Below the pieces are notes generated by a model. The model was not told where the DNA came from. It did not search any database and was given only the letters and a program-made list of their open reading frames with translations. The position numbers were made by a program, and so were the translations under genes. Source: Octopus sinensis (taxonomy: Eukaryota). Taken from it: a DNA stretch of 64,000 nucleotides. The DNA is taken from NCBI RefSeq assembly GCF_006345805.1, contig NC_043018.1, positions 19,716,001 through 19,780,000 on the forward strand. The letters are read 5' to 3'. Below are positions 51,157-63,936 of the stretch, one piece after another. Within the stretch, counting starts at the first letter, position 1, and every line of letters begins with the position of its first letter.

Positions 51157-52315
51157 TGTATATGTATATATATGATGATATATATAATGGACATAGCTGT
51201 GTGGTTACCCATGGCTTCAGGTTCAGTCCTACCGAAACCCTTATTCCTGCTCTTTTATCTCTTTTATTAGTTTCAGTCACTGGACTGTGGTCATGCTGCA
51301 GCACCATCAAATTCTCATTTTATTGACATAGACATAACCATTATAAACACACACTTAACCATTATAGAACCAATTATCATGAAATCCTTTGTTTGACGCA
51401 GTATACACCCCATCCCCCTACATCTATAATGAACCGTTCCATTACATCTAATAGGGTTTATGGACCACACCATTAAAGACTAATAAGGTTAATGGACTAT
51501 ACATCCACAGTCTAATAGGTTTAATGGACTGTTCCACTACCATCTAATAGGGTTAATGGATTATAACATTACGAAATAATAGGGGTGTTTGTATGTGTTA
51601 TGATTCATGATGATATCGTGTGTTTTGAAATTTTATAAAATTTTGCGAACAATGTTACATGCTTTGGTAGATTTCTATCAAAAATGCTGAGTGAATAAAA
51701 GCAAACACACACACACACAACAATGCAACAAACATAAACATACATGCACACATACATGTGTACAGTCATACCAGACACACACACATATATATGCATATAT
51801 TATACATCTTGGCATATACACATACATATTGACATATTTATGTACACAAACATACATATATACACACACACATACACATACTGTCATACATCTACACACA
51901 CACACACACACATCACACACATGCACCTACAGACATATACATATACACTCACAACACATGCATATACATTTACACACTGACAGACAGGCATGCACATACA
52001 TGCGCAAGTTTATGCACGCGTGTGTATGCATATGGGTGTGTGTATGTGTGTGTGTGTGTATGTATGTGTGTGTGTGTGTGTGTACAAATACATACTGGCA
52101 TATACATGTGCACACACATTCACACACGCATACACACAGACAGTGCACATGCATGCACGCACACACACACGCATACACGTACATGTAGAGAAAATTCTCC
52201 ATGTAGATATTCTTTGTTATCTCGTATCAAAGAATGCAAACTCTGGAACTGAATAATTGAATATGGAACTCGAGGAATACAAAGAAACCACACTGAGAAA
52301 ACGGCAACAACAACA

Positions 52316-52364
<49 letters not shown>

Positions 52365-52568
52365 ATAAAATGAAGAATTAGGTAAAAGAGTTTTACAGCA
52401 ATATTGGTGATCTTTGTTGTAGCATTAAAGATATGTCGGTGGGTGTGTCTTTTGGTTTATACCAGTACACTCTCCATGCTGTGCTATCTGATGGATGACA
52501 AGGCATCATTTTAGCACCAGCTCTCTCTCTCAGACTCTGTCTGTCTGTCTGCCTCTCTTGGTATACAT

Positions 52569-52606
<38 letters not shown>

Positions 52607-52796
52607 GTAGGTCCCGGGTTGATTCGGGGTTAACCACAGTAAATAAGGTACTCAATACATAGTAGAGTAAAATTAATTTATTATATAGAGGAGCTTCTAC
52701 AGGACTAGAACTGTTTCATTCAAGAGAAATCTTCCTGAAGATTTCTCTTGAATGAAACAGTTCTAGTCCTGTAGAAGCTCCTTCTATATAATAATT
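52607..52796. mobile_element. Palindromic Penelope-like element in (TA)n (family 1)
   Basis: ~56-bp arms (~52678-52734 and ~52737-52796); same tail as 12682. Confidence 0.75.
52731..52777 (+). ncRNA. Type I hammerhead ribozyme motif (family 1)
   Basis: CTTC-CTGAAGA-tTTCtcttGAAt-GAAACAG-ttctagtc-CTGTA-GAAG. Confidence 0.7.
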
Positions 52797-53150
52797 ATAT
52801 ATATATATATATATATCTAAAGAATATATATATATCAATCTGTCTGTTTCCTTTTTAACTCTCTGTCTCTCTATTCCTTTCTCTTTGTCTATCTGTCTGG
52901 CTTTCTGTCTCTCTTTTCTCTCTCTCTCTCCTGTATCGCCTGTCTGTCTGCCTGTCTTCCGGATATATGTATATATGTATAATGTATATATATATATATA
53001 TATCAATCTGTCTGTCTTCCTTTTTACCATATATTATATATTAATATATATGATTATGTATATATATATATATTATATATATATTATATATATTATATAT
53101 ATATATGTATGTATATATTATATGTATGTATATATATATATATGTGTATG

Positions 53151-53181
<31 letters not shown>

Positions 53182-53448
53182 TACATACACATATATATAT
53201 ATACATACATCATATATATATATATATATGGTAAAAAGGAAGACAGACAGATTGATATATATATATAATATATATTATATATATAACATACATCATATAT
53301 ATATTATATATATATATCAATCTGTCTGTCTTCCTTTTTAACTCTCTTTCTCTCTCTCTCTCTCTTGTCTATCTATCTGTCTGGCTTTCTATCTCTCTTT
53401 CTCTCTCTTTATCTCTCTCTCTCTGTCTCTGTCTGCCTGCCTGTCTGC

Positions 53449-53488
<40 letters not shown>

Positions 53489-54763
53489 TTATCTGTCTGT
53501 CTGTATGTCTCTCTCTCTCTCTCATTCTTGAAGTCTTGTCAGCTGACCAACCTGCTATCTTCCTTCCAAATGGTTCTCCTTCAGCTTTCCGCAAGCATTC
53601 AGTTGCTGCATTAACCAAACTACTGCTCAGAGCAACCAGCGCCATGGATTTGGACAACAAAGACAAATACAAAAACACCAAGAACCATACAAAGGGAAAG
53701 TCTTGATTCATTCAAATTATCGGTCTCTCAAGACAAGAGGAATTTATTACTTTTGTTCATGTCAATGCGTTACTCAGCTTATTTTCATTCAATTTACGCA
53801 GATTACCTTGGGCCATAAATGTGTTCTATTCTTTTTCTGTAGACATATCAATACCTTGACTTTTGGAGTCAAGGTAAGCCAACTGCTGTGCTGATGACAT
53901 CTATTGAGGCAGAAAGATGTTTCTATAGCTGCCCTCTCGTCTTCAGAAGAAAAAAAGAACAATGATAATTTAATCCATTGTTAATTACTAACCTTAGTTG
54001 GTAGGCAGAGCTCAATGAGAACTGCAGTGTTAGTAATTAACAATGAATTAAATTGCTATTTTTTCTGAAGACCTGATGTTCTAAAATGACTATGTGTCAA
54101 TTACAGCACAATATACTAGTATTTCTTAGTGAAACATGGGTAAAGTGTATATAATTTATAATGTTATAATTAAGAATGTAATTGTATATAGGCAGAGGCT
54201 TGGCTGTGTGGTAAGAAGTTTGTTTCTCAATCACATGGTTCCAGGTTCAGTTCTACTGTGTGGCACCTTGAGCAAGTGTCATCTATATATCCTAGGGCTG
54301 ACCAATGCCTTATGAGTCTATTTGGTAGAAGGAACTGAAAGAAGCCCATCATGTATACATGTGTTTGTGTGTGTGTCTTTGTGCATGTGTCTGTATCTCC
54401 CCACCACTTGAGAAATGGTATTGTTTTGTTTACATCCCTGTGACTTAGCGATTAGTAACTGAAACAAGCAAAAGATAGACACATACCAAGAGTACAGTTT
54501 CTGTCAACGAAATTCCACAAAGAACATATTAGTTGCCCCAAGATGCTTGTTTACGATGACACACACTGGTATTGAAACCAGGACAATGTGGTTGCAGAAT
54601 GAATTATTGGCACACGCAGCCATATTTGCTCCCACTGGTTTGATATAATTACCTGTTCCATTGTTGCGCTTCTCCTTCAAAATTGTGATTTCAGTTCCAT
54701 GTGAAACGCATTGGCATTTATTATTAAACATCGAAAGATAAAAAGTCTAACCCTTTTAATATC

Positions 54764-55000
54764 TGTTTCTTTATTACCCTCAAGGGACTAAACATAGAGG
54801 GGACAAACAAGGACAGACAAACGGATTAAGTCGATCACATCGACCCCAGTGCATAACTGGTACTTAATTCATCGACCCCGAAAGGATGAAAGGCAAAGTC
54901 GACCTCGGCGGAATTTGAACTCAGAACGTAACGGCAGACGAAATACGGCTACGCATTTTGCCCGGTGTGCTAACGTTTCTGCCAGCTCACCACCTTTTAA
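54764..55000 (-). mobile_element. SINE family C with 16-bp TSD TAACCCTTTTAATATC
   Basis: Direct repeats at 54748-54763 and 55001-55016. Confidence 0.9.
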
Positions 55001-56299
55001 TAACCCTTTTAATATCGAGTCACCTTGAATCACTTCTGGGTCTATGATACAAACTCCTCATTTTAAAGTGATCTTAATTAAATCCTTTCCTCAAATTTTA
55101 CTTTGTTTCAAATGCCAACTTAATAACAACACAGTTCAATATCATTGCTTTTACATCCGCTTTTCTGTGCTTGCATGGGTCGGACAGAACTACTTTAGGC
55201 TGGTTTTCTACAGGCGGGTGCCTCTCCTGCTTTCAACTCTAACCCGCTTCCAAGTAAGCTAATATTTCCCTGTGGCTGGACATGTTTTCCTGGAAGATTG
55301 GAAACGAAGGATGTCACTTATATAGTGGTGACACTCATTTATAATTATCACATGATGCCAGGGCAAAGACATACAATCACACACACACACACATACACAC
55401 ATATATAAGCCTAGCTGACCAAAGCCTAGTGAGTGACCAAATCTACCCACAAGGCTTTGATTGGCTTGGAGCTTTAACACGAGACACTTGCCCAGTGCCA
55501 CGTCTTCTAAGTGAACCCCAAACCATGTGATTCAAGAGTGAACTGCTTAGTCACACAGGTCATGTTTGCAATCAGTTATTTTAATAAATTTTTCATTAAA
55601 TTAAAAATTAATTGAAACAAAGGCAGCATGTTTAAAGAGAAATATGGTAACTTCAGGGTGGAGCTATACCAAGTGAGAATTGAACTCTTGAACTCTTGGG
55701 TATGAAAAAAGTGATCCTTATGGAAGAAATTCACTTTATGTGTGCCATCTCTCCATAAAGGCTTCAAAGCTACCAGAACAAGTGATTGATTGGTGATTAT
55801 GAACGATGGTGGTGGTGGTGGTGGTGGTGGTGGTGGTGGTGGTGGTGGGGAGTGGTGGTGGTGGTGGGGTGGTGGTGGTGGGTGGTGGGTGGTGGAGGTC
55901 GTGGTGGGGTGGTGGTGGTGGTGGTGGTGGTGGTGGTGGTGGTGGTGGTGGTAGTGGTGGTGGTAGTGGTGGTGGGGGAATCGAAATTTGTGTGTTTAGG
56001 GTATATATATATGATACAATGGTGTTTAGACACAGATGTGACCTTCTGACATTTCCCTAACTGGAATCAGTGCTATAGCTGAGAGATGTTTAACTAACTA
56101 ACGATGCTGAGCATATGAACGCATGCATGCATGCACACAAACACATGCACGTACATGCACATGCACACATGCACGTATATGCACATGAACACATGCGCAC
56201 GCGTGCGTGCATATATATCATTATAATCTTGCGTCTTTCAAATTGCTGATCTACAGGAATATATATATTTATATCAGCACAACAATCTCTGTCTTTCAC

Positions 56300-57277
56300 A
56301 TTGCTGATCTATGAGTATATGTGAGTGTGTATATGTGTGTGTGTGTATATATATATATATATGCACATACAAATATATATATATATACACACACATATAT
56401 ATATACATACATTCATACTTATATATATATACATATATAACATACATATATACATATATAACACATGTATCTACATATATATATTTATACACACACACAT
56501 ATATATATATATATATACACATACATATATATATACATATATATAAACACACATACACACACACATATATATGATGATGATGATGATATATATATATTAT
56601 ATATATACATAAATATATATATATGCACTTACAAATATATATACACACATACATATATCTATCTATCGATCGATCTATATATATATATATATACATACAT
56701 ACATATATATACATATGCACATGTACACACACACACACATACACACATATGTATACTGATGATGATGATGATGATGATAATGTGTGCATGTGTGGAGAGG
56801 GTATTATATATCAGCATTATCTGTCTTTCAAATTGCCATTCTTTGAGATTATATCTATATATATATGTGTGTGTGTGTCTGTGTATGCATGTGTATATGT
56901 ATGTATGTATGTATGTGTGTGTATGTATGTATGTATGTATGTATGTATGTATGTATGTATGTATGTATGTATGTATGTATATATGTACGTATGTATGTAT
57001 GTATGTATGTATGTGTGTGTATGTATGTATGTATGTATGTATGTATGTATGTATGTATGTGTGCATGTATATATGTGTGTGTATGTATGTATGTATATGT
57101 GTATGTATGTATGTATGTATGTATGTATATATGTACGTATGTATGTATGTATGTATGTATGTATATATGTATGTACGTATGTATGTATGTATGTATGTAT
57201 GTATGTATGTATGTATGTATGTATGTATATATGTATGTGTGCATGTATGTATGTGTATATGTATGTATGTATGTATG

Positions 57278-57310
<33 letters not shown>

Positions 57311-57360
57311 GTGTGTATGTATGTATGTATGTGTATGTGCCTGTTTATAAATATATATAT
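56300..57360. repeat. TA/CA microsatellites and a ~460-bp (TATG)n array
   Basis: Directly visible. Confidence 0.95.
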
Positions 57361-57834
57361 GTGTCAGCATTATCCCTGCCTTTCAAATCGCTGATCTACT
57401 TTGCTTGCAAATTTCATCTCAATCAACATAACCTCGCTTTTATCCGAACTTCAAACAGTTATTACCTTCGTCAGTTCGGTGCCGTATCTTGTTCTTCCAT
57501 GTTTTACAATGTCACTCATGAATGAACAACAACAGATAACTGGATTATGGCTTTTTATGCCATGTTACCGTTTTCCAAAATGCCGCTGATGTTCTTGCTG
57601 CCGCTGCTGCTGCTGCTCTCTATTCTTGTTCTTTGATTTATTGAAAGGAATCATAGATAAACTGTGCACCTATTATTTGGAACAGCAAGATCATTACTTT
57701 AAAGAGGGGGGAAGGGAGGGAGAGCGAGAGAGAGCAGGACGAGGGGGGGGGGAGGAGAGATCGTTAGAAGACAATTCCGAACGTAATTGAGTTTCAATTT
57801 ATTTTTGATTGAAACAAATCTCCTCCTTTAACAA

Positions 57835-57840
57835 ATAATG

Positions 57841-57878
<38 letters not shown>

Positions 57879-58144
57879 TTATTATAATGATGACATCAAT
57901 AATATAATAATAATTATATAATGATAATAATAATAATAATAATAACAATAACAATTATAATTATGATAAATAACAATATATTAACTGTAACTAATAATAA
58001 CACTATCAACAACAGTAAAAATAATAACAACAATAATGATAGCAATGACAATAACAATATTATAATAATAACTATAATGACATCAACAGCAATAATGATA
58101 ATAATAGTAATAATAATAATGATAATGATGATAATAATAATAAT

Positions 58145-58179
<35 letters not shown>

Positions 58180-58252
58180 TAATAATAAGAACAATAATAA
58201 TATAACAACAGCAATAATAATGACAATGATAGTAATAACAATAATAATAATG

Positions 58253-58295
<43 letters not shown>

Positions 58296-58400
58296 TAATA
58301 ATGACAATGATAGTAATAACAATAATAATATAACAACAACAATAATAATGACAATGATAGTAATAACAATAATAATAACAATAGTAATGTAACAACAATG

Positions 58401-58451
<51 letters not shown>

Positions 58452-58465
58452 TGATAATAGTAATA
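57835..58465. repeat. Degenerate (TAA)n array
   Basis: Directly visible; a mirror (TTA)n/(TTG)n array lies at 58960-59210. Confidence 0.95.
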
Positions 58466-58573
58466 AAAATAGATGGAATACCAAGTAAAATCCTTCAGAT
58501 TAAGTAATCATGTGTCGTAACAATCGTAATGTGATTACCGATATTTATTTGGAATGTCAGTTCCAAGTGATTT

Positions 58574-58606
<33 letters not shown>

Positions 58607-59067
58607 CATTCCAGTTGGATGTAAAGACTATGGTGATGTACTTTATCGACTGATGTCTTGATGTCTCTCGGAGAATAATTGTCAAAATCTATATCATGTG
58701 AACGGAATATATTTTTCGGAAGCGGTGGAGCATCCAAATAATGTTTTTGTTTTGTTTTTTTGTTTGTGTTTTACTTTCTATGTCATTTAACCAATTCCGT
58801 ATACGCTGTAGAATGAGATGGATTATTAGCTAAATAGGATAAGCTCTGTAATTCTTGTTTAATTAAAAAAAAACAAAAACAAGATAAACATCCCAAATAA
58901 CGGTATTTATATTCTGGCGTTCGTTAAGCAGAACTATAAAATGTTGTCATTCTCTGTTGCTGCTGTTGTTATTATTATTGTTTTTGTTGTTGTTGTTGTT
59001 GCTGTTGTTGTTGTTGTTGTTGTTGTTATTTTTATTATTATTATTATTGTTATTATTATTATTATTA

Positions 59068-59123
<56 letters not shown>

Positions 59124-59702
59124 TTATTATTATTATTATTATATTATTATTATTATTATTATTATCATCATTATTATTAATATTATTATTATTATTATTA
59201 TTATTATTAGGCCTGTCATAGAAAGGATTATTATTATCTCCAAATCTGCCCTGATTTAAAAGATCTAAGATCAAAGACATTCTATGAAGGACAACCCAGT
59301 CTTTTAGGAGAGTATTTGGCACTACATTATCTGCTGTCTCCTTCCTTTTCAGTAAAACAGCAAAGAGTGATTCAAGAGTGGTTTAGCTGTTGTTTCTAGC
59401 AGCTTGAGAGAACCACATAGTGACTCATTTTTATATTCTTTTAACACAGCTCTTGCCTACAGGTTCAGACCTACCTTTTAGAATGATTGAGAAAAAATGA
59501 GGAATGAGGAATATTTATTAGGGATGCAAGTTAAGAAGTTTACTTACAAACCACATGGTTTTAGGTTCAATCTCACCTCTGGCAAATGCCATCTACTATA
59601 TCCTTAGCCTGATGAAAGCCTTGCAAGTGGATTTGATAGACTGAAACTGAAAGAAGCTTGTTGTATATATATGTGTGTGTGTGTGTGTTGTGTGTGTGCG
59701 TG

Positions 59703-62700
59703 TGCGTAGGATTGTGGTTTCAATTCCCAGACCGCGCGTTGTGAGTGTTTATTGACCGAAAACACCTAAAAGTTCCTCAAGGCTCCGGCAGGGGGGTGGG
59801 TGGCGATCCCTGCTGTACTCTTTCGACCACAGCTTTCTCTCACTCTCTCTTCTGTTGGCCTGCTTGCTTTGCCAGTGGGGAGGCGTCATTTGAAGGCTAA
59901 AACAATGCGAAGCGCATTGTGACCAGTGATGCGTTGCAACATCTGATAGCCTGGTCGGTCACGGTGATTAGCTTATAAACCAAAACATACTTGGAAGTAT
60001 ATTATGGTTGCAAAACAAAGGACAGTGTCCCTACCTGTAATTAATACTAACTATGAGTACGATATGAGGGCAACTTATACACAGGTGAACATGGTATGTG
60101 TTATTGCTGTAAAACTGAGAATACAGTGAAAGTTGTCTTAGGGGCATCATGATTTCAAACTATTCATACCTTATCATCTTTAATAGAAGCCAGGTAAATA
60201 ACAGGTATTAATGACATACACTATAAACAATCTAAATTTGTAATTTAATATTCAACATCCAGTTATATTAGTTTGGTTTGACTATTTTTATCCCCTAGAA
60301 ATATTTTACAACAAAACTAAATTTACATTCTGACAGAAATAAGCAATTTTCTACAAGGTGTGTTCTCGTCATCATATAAAATATATTTCGTTAATGTACC
60401 GATGCTATGCACTGGCATTGAACGGCAATAAACTTTCAGCTAGTGTCTTAGAATTCAAGAGATATAAAATAAAGTTAAATAAATAAAATAATATGAAATA
60501 AAAAAACCGATGGAGGTAGTAGCAGAAGTAAAAAGTTGTTGGTAAATAAAAAGATGTATTCAATATTTTAGTACAGTTAAAAATAGTCCGGTAGGAAAAT
60601 TAATGTTCTTTCGCTAGAAACGCTGTGCGTTTCAGCTTCTCTGGTCTATTTATATGTGATTTGTTCTTAGTTTCCTTCTGCTGTTTGCAAGTCTTGTATT
60701 ACCGATGCCAACATTCCTCATGTGCAGTGACTGTGCCGTCTGCTGAAGCTGTTTACTTGTACAAAGCTAAACGCTTTCATCTACATCAGACATCATAGAA
60801 ATAAAATACCGATTCCTTTGGAGTAATGAGTTCTTGCATTGGCATAAAGCCATATTTTTTTGGTGTGTGCATGTGTGTGTGTGTGTGCGTGTGTGTGTGT
60901 GTGGTGTGTGTGTGAGTCTGTGTGTGTGTGTGTGAGTCTGTGTGTGTGTGTGTGTGCGTGTGCGTAGGATTGTGGTTTCAATTCCCAGACCGCGCGTTGT
61001 GAGTGTTTATTGACCGAAAACACCTAAAAGTTCCTCAAGGCTCCGGCAGGGGGGTGGGTGGCGATCCCTGCTGTACTCTTTCGCCACAGCTTTCTCTCAC
61101 TCTCTCTTCTGTTGGCCTGCTTGCTTTGCCAGTGGGGAGGCGTCATTTGAAGGCTAAAACAATGCGAAGCGCATTGTGACCAGTGATGCGTTGCAACATC
61201 TGATAGCCTGGTCGGTCACGGTGATTAGCTTATAAACCAAAACATACTTGGAAGTATATTATGGTTGCAAAACAAAGGACAGTGTCCCTACCTGTAATTA
61301 ATACTAAACTATGAGTACGATATGAGGGCAACTTATACACAGGTGAACATGGTATGTGTTATTGCTGTAAAACTGAGAATACAGGTGAAAGTTGTCTTAG
61401 GGGCATCATGATTTCAAACTATTCATACCTTATCATCTTTAATAGAAGCCAGGTAAATAACAGGTATTAATGACATACACTATAAACAATCTAAATTTGT
61501 AATTTAATATTCAACATCCAGTTATATTAGTTTGGTTTGACTATTTTTATCCCCTAGAAATATTTTACAACAAAACTAAATTTACATTCTGACAGAAATA
61601 AGCAATTTTCTACAAGGTGTGTTCTCGTCATCATATCTATATATATAAAACTGTAGTTGTGTGAGTGTCTGTCCCCTTCGATTTAGATTCCTAACTACTC
61701 CCACATTTTGCGGTGCAGTTTAACCAAATTCGGGTATCTTATAGTCGTGATTCATATCGAGCCCGTCTGAGTATTAGCGCGCATCTACGATGAGTCTACG
61801 ATTTAAAAAATAATTTAACATAATTTTTATTCCATTTTAATGCATATTTTTCGTGTGTCGATGGCGGCGGAGTTGGTGTCCATGGTCACACCTGCACCTG
61901 TTGCTTCTCCCCCTTCTTCCCTCCCTCGTGAAGCTGTGGGGAAGGGAGTGTAAGGAAATCAACGTCGTAAAGCGTTGTCAAGGAGACCAGCGTTCTTTAG
62001 AACAACGACTTCATGGCTTGAAGACACCAAAACAGAAATGGCTAAGAAAGCCCGAATTGGCATCTATAAGGGAAGTAACTCTCTAAAAATGCTTATATAG
62101 TTATTTCCCTTACAAACCCGAGCAATGCCGGGCGATACTGCTAGTACACTACAAACAATCTAAATTTACAATTTAATATTTAACATCCAGTTATATTAGT
62201 TTGGTTTGACTATTTTTATCCCCTAGAAATATTTTACAACAAAACTAAATTTATATTCTGACAGAAATAAGCAATTTTCTACAAGGTGTGTTCTCGTCAT
62301 CATATAAAATATATTTCGTTAATGTACCGATGCTATGCACTGGCATTGAACGGCAATAAACTTTCAGCTAGTGTCTTAGAATTCAAGAGATATAAAATAA
62401 AGTTAAATAAATAAAATAATATGAAATAAAAAAACCGATGGAGGTAGTAGCAGAAGTAAAAAGTTGTTGGTAAATAAAATGATGTATTCAATATTTTAGT
62501 ACAGTTAAAAATAGTCCGGTAGGAAAATTAATGTTCTTTCGCTAGAAACGCTGTGCGTTTCAGCTTCTTCTGGTCTATTTATATGTGATTTGTTCTTAGT
62601 TTCCTTCTGCTGTTTGCAAGTCTTGTATTACCGATGCCAACATTCCTCATGTGCAGTGACTGTGCCGTCTGCTGAAGCTGTTTACTTGTACAAAGCTAAA

Positions 62701-62845
62701 CGCTTTCATCTACATCAGACATCATAGAAATAAAATACCGATTCCTTTGGAGTAATGAGTTCTTGCATTGGCATAAAGCCATATTTTTTTGGTGTGTGCA
62801 TGTGTGTGTGTGTGTGTGTGAGTCTGTGTGTGTGTGTGTCTGTGT
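59703..62845. repeat. ~1.26-kb tandem duplication; second unit carries a Helitron and an extra 160-bp copy
   Basis: 59703-60960 repeats from 60961 (offset 1258). Confidence 0.9.
61636..62144 (+). mobile_element. Non-autonomous Helitron (509 bp) with an extra GC-richer internal segment
   Basis: A|TC...CCCGAGCAATGCCGGG...CTAG|T. Confidence 0.87.
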
Positions 62846-63679
62846 GTGCGTGCATGATGGGGCTGGAGGTGTGGGGGTCAGGCGGAGGTGGATAGTCAGT
62901 TAAATCAATCCCTAAATGTTGACAGGTACTTTTTTTTTATTGAATCTAAAATGTGAGGTGGGATGGGGTGAGGTGGTGTTCACCTCTGTGAAATTTGAAC
63001 ACAGAACATAAAACGCTCCTCCTCCTCCTTTCCTCCTCCTCCTCCTCCTCCTCCTCTCCTCCCCTCCCTCCCTCCTCCTCCTCCTCATCATCATCATTTT
63101 CAGTGTTTTAAATTCTGCTCTTCCAAGCCTGCACGGGTCAGACAGAATTTGTTGAGGCAAAATTTTCTACAGCTGGATGCTCTTCCTATCACCCACTTTC
63201 AGGAGCAGTATCCGCCCACGGCCTGTCATGCTTACACAGAGGATTGGAAATGAAGAGAACCACCTATATGATGGTGCCACTTGTTTACAACCATCCTACG
63301 ATGTCAAGGCAATGAGATACAAACACGTACATCCATCCACAGACATCCATCTGCATCCCTACATGCATGCATACATACGTACACACACACATATATATAT
63401 ATATACGATGGGCTTCTTTCAGTTTCCGTCTGCCAAATCCATTCACAAGGCTTTGGTTGGCCTGAGGCTACAAGAAGAAGACAGTTGCCCAAGGTTCCAC
63501 ACAACCTGGATGCATTTGCTGTTGCCAACCCTCACCTGTTTCCAAGTAAAGTACTATTTTCTCATGGCCAGACATGTTCTCACAGAATATTGGAAACAAA
63601 CAACACCGCTTGTATGACAGTGACACGCATTTACAACTCTCAGGCAATGTCAAGTTAAAGAAACACACATATATCTATC

Positions 63680-63936
63680 TATCTATCTGTTTCTTTATTA
63701 CCCACAATGGGCTAAACACAGAGGGAACAAACGGATTAAGTCGATTACATCGACCCCAGTGTGTAACTGGTACTTAATTTATCGACCCCAGTGCGTAACT
63801 GGTACTTAGTTTATCGACGCCGAAAGGATGAAAGGCAAAGTCGACCTCGGCGGAATTTGAACTCAGAACGTAACGGCAGATGAAATACGGCTACGCATTT
63901 CGCCCGGCGTGCAAACGTTTCAGCCAGCTCGCCGCC
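63680..63936 (-). mobile_element. SINE family C with an internal 32-bp duplication
   Basis: Homologous to 54764-55000. Confidence 0.85.

Noticed and set aside
53481-53711. Minus-strand ORF with a signal-peptide-like start (MNQDFPFVWFLVFLYLSLL...)
   Set aside because: Runs into a GA microsatellite; the donor is weak and there is no recognised homolog.
58609-58652. miR-1-like string TTGGATGTAAAGACTATGG in a weak hairpin
   Set aside because: The seed does not match miR-1 (GGAATGT) and the stem is too bulged for a pre-miRNA.
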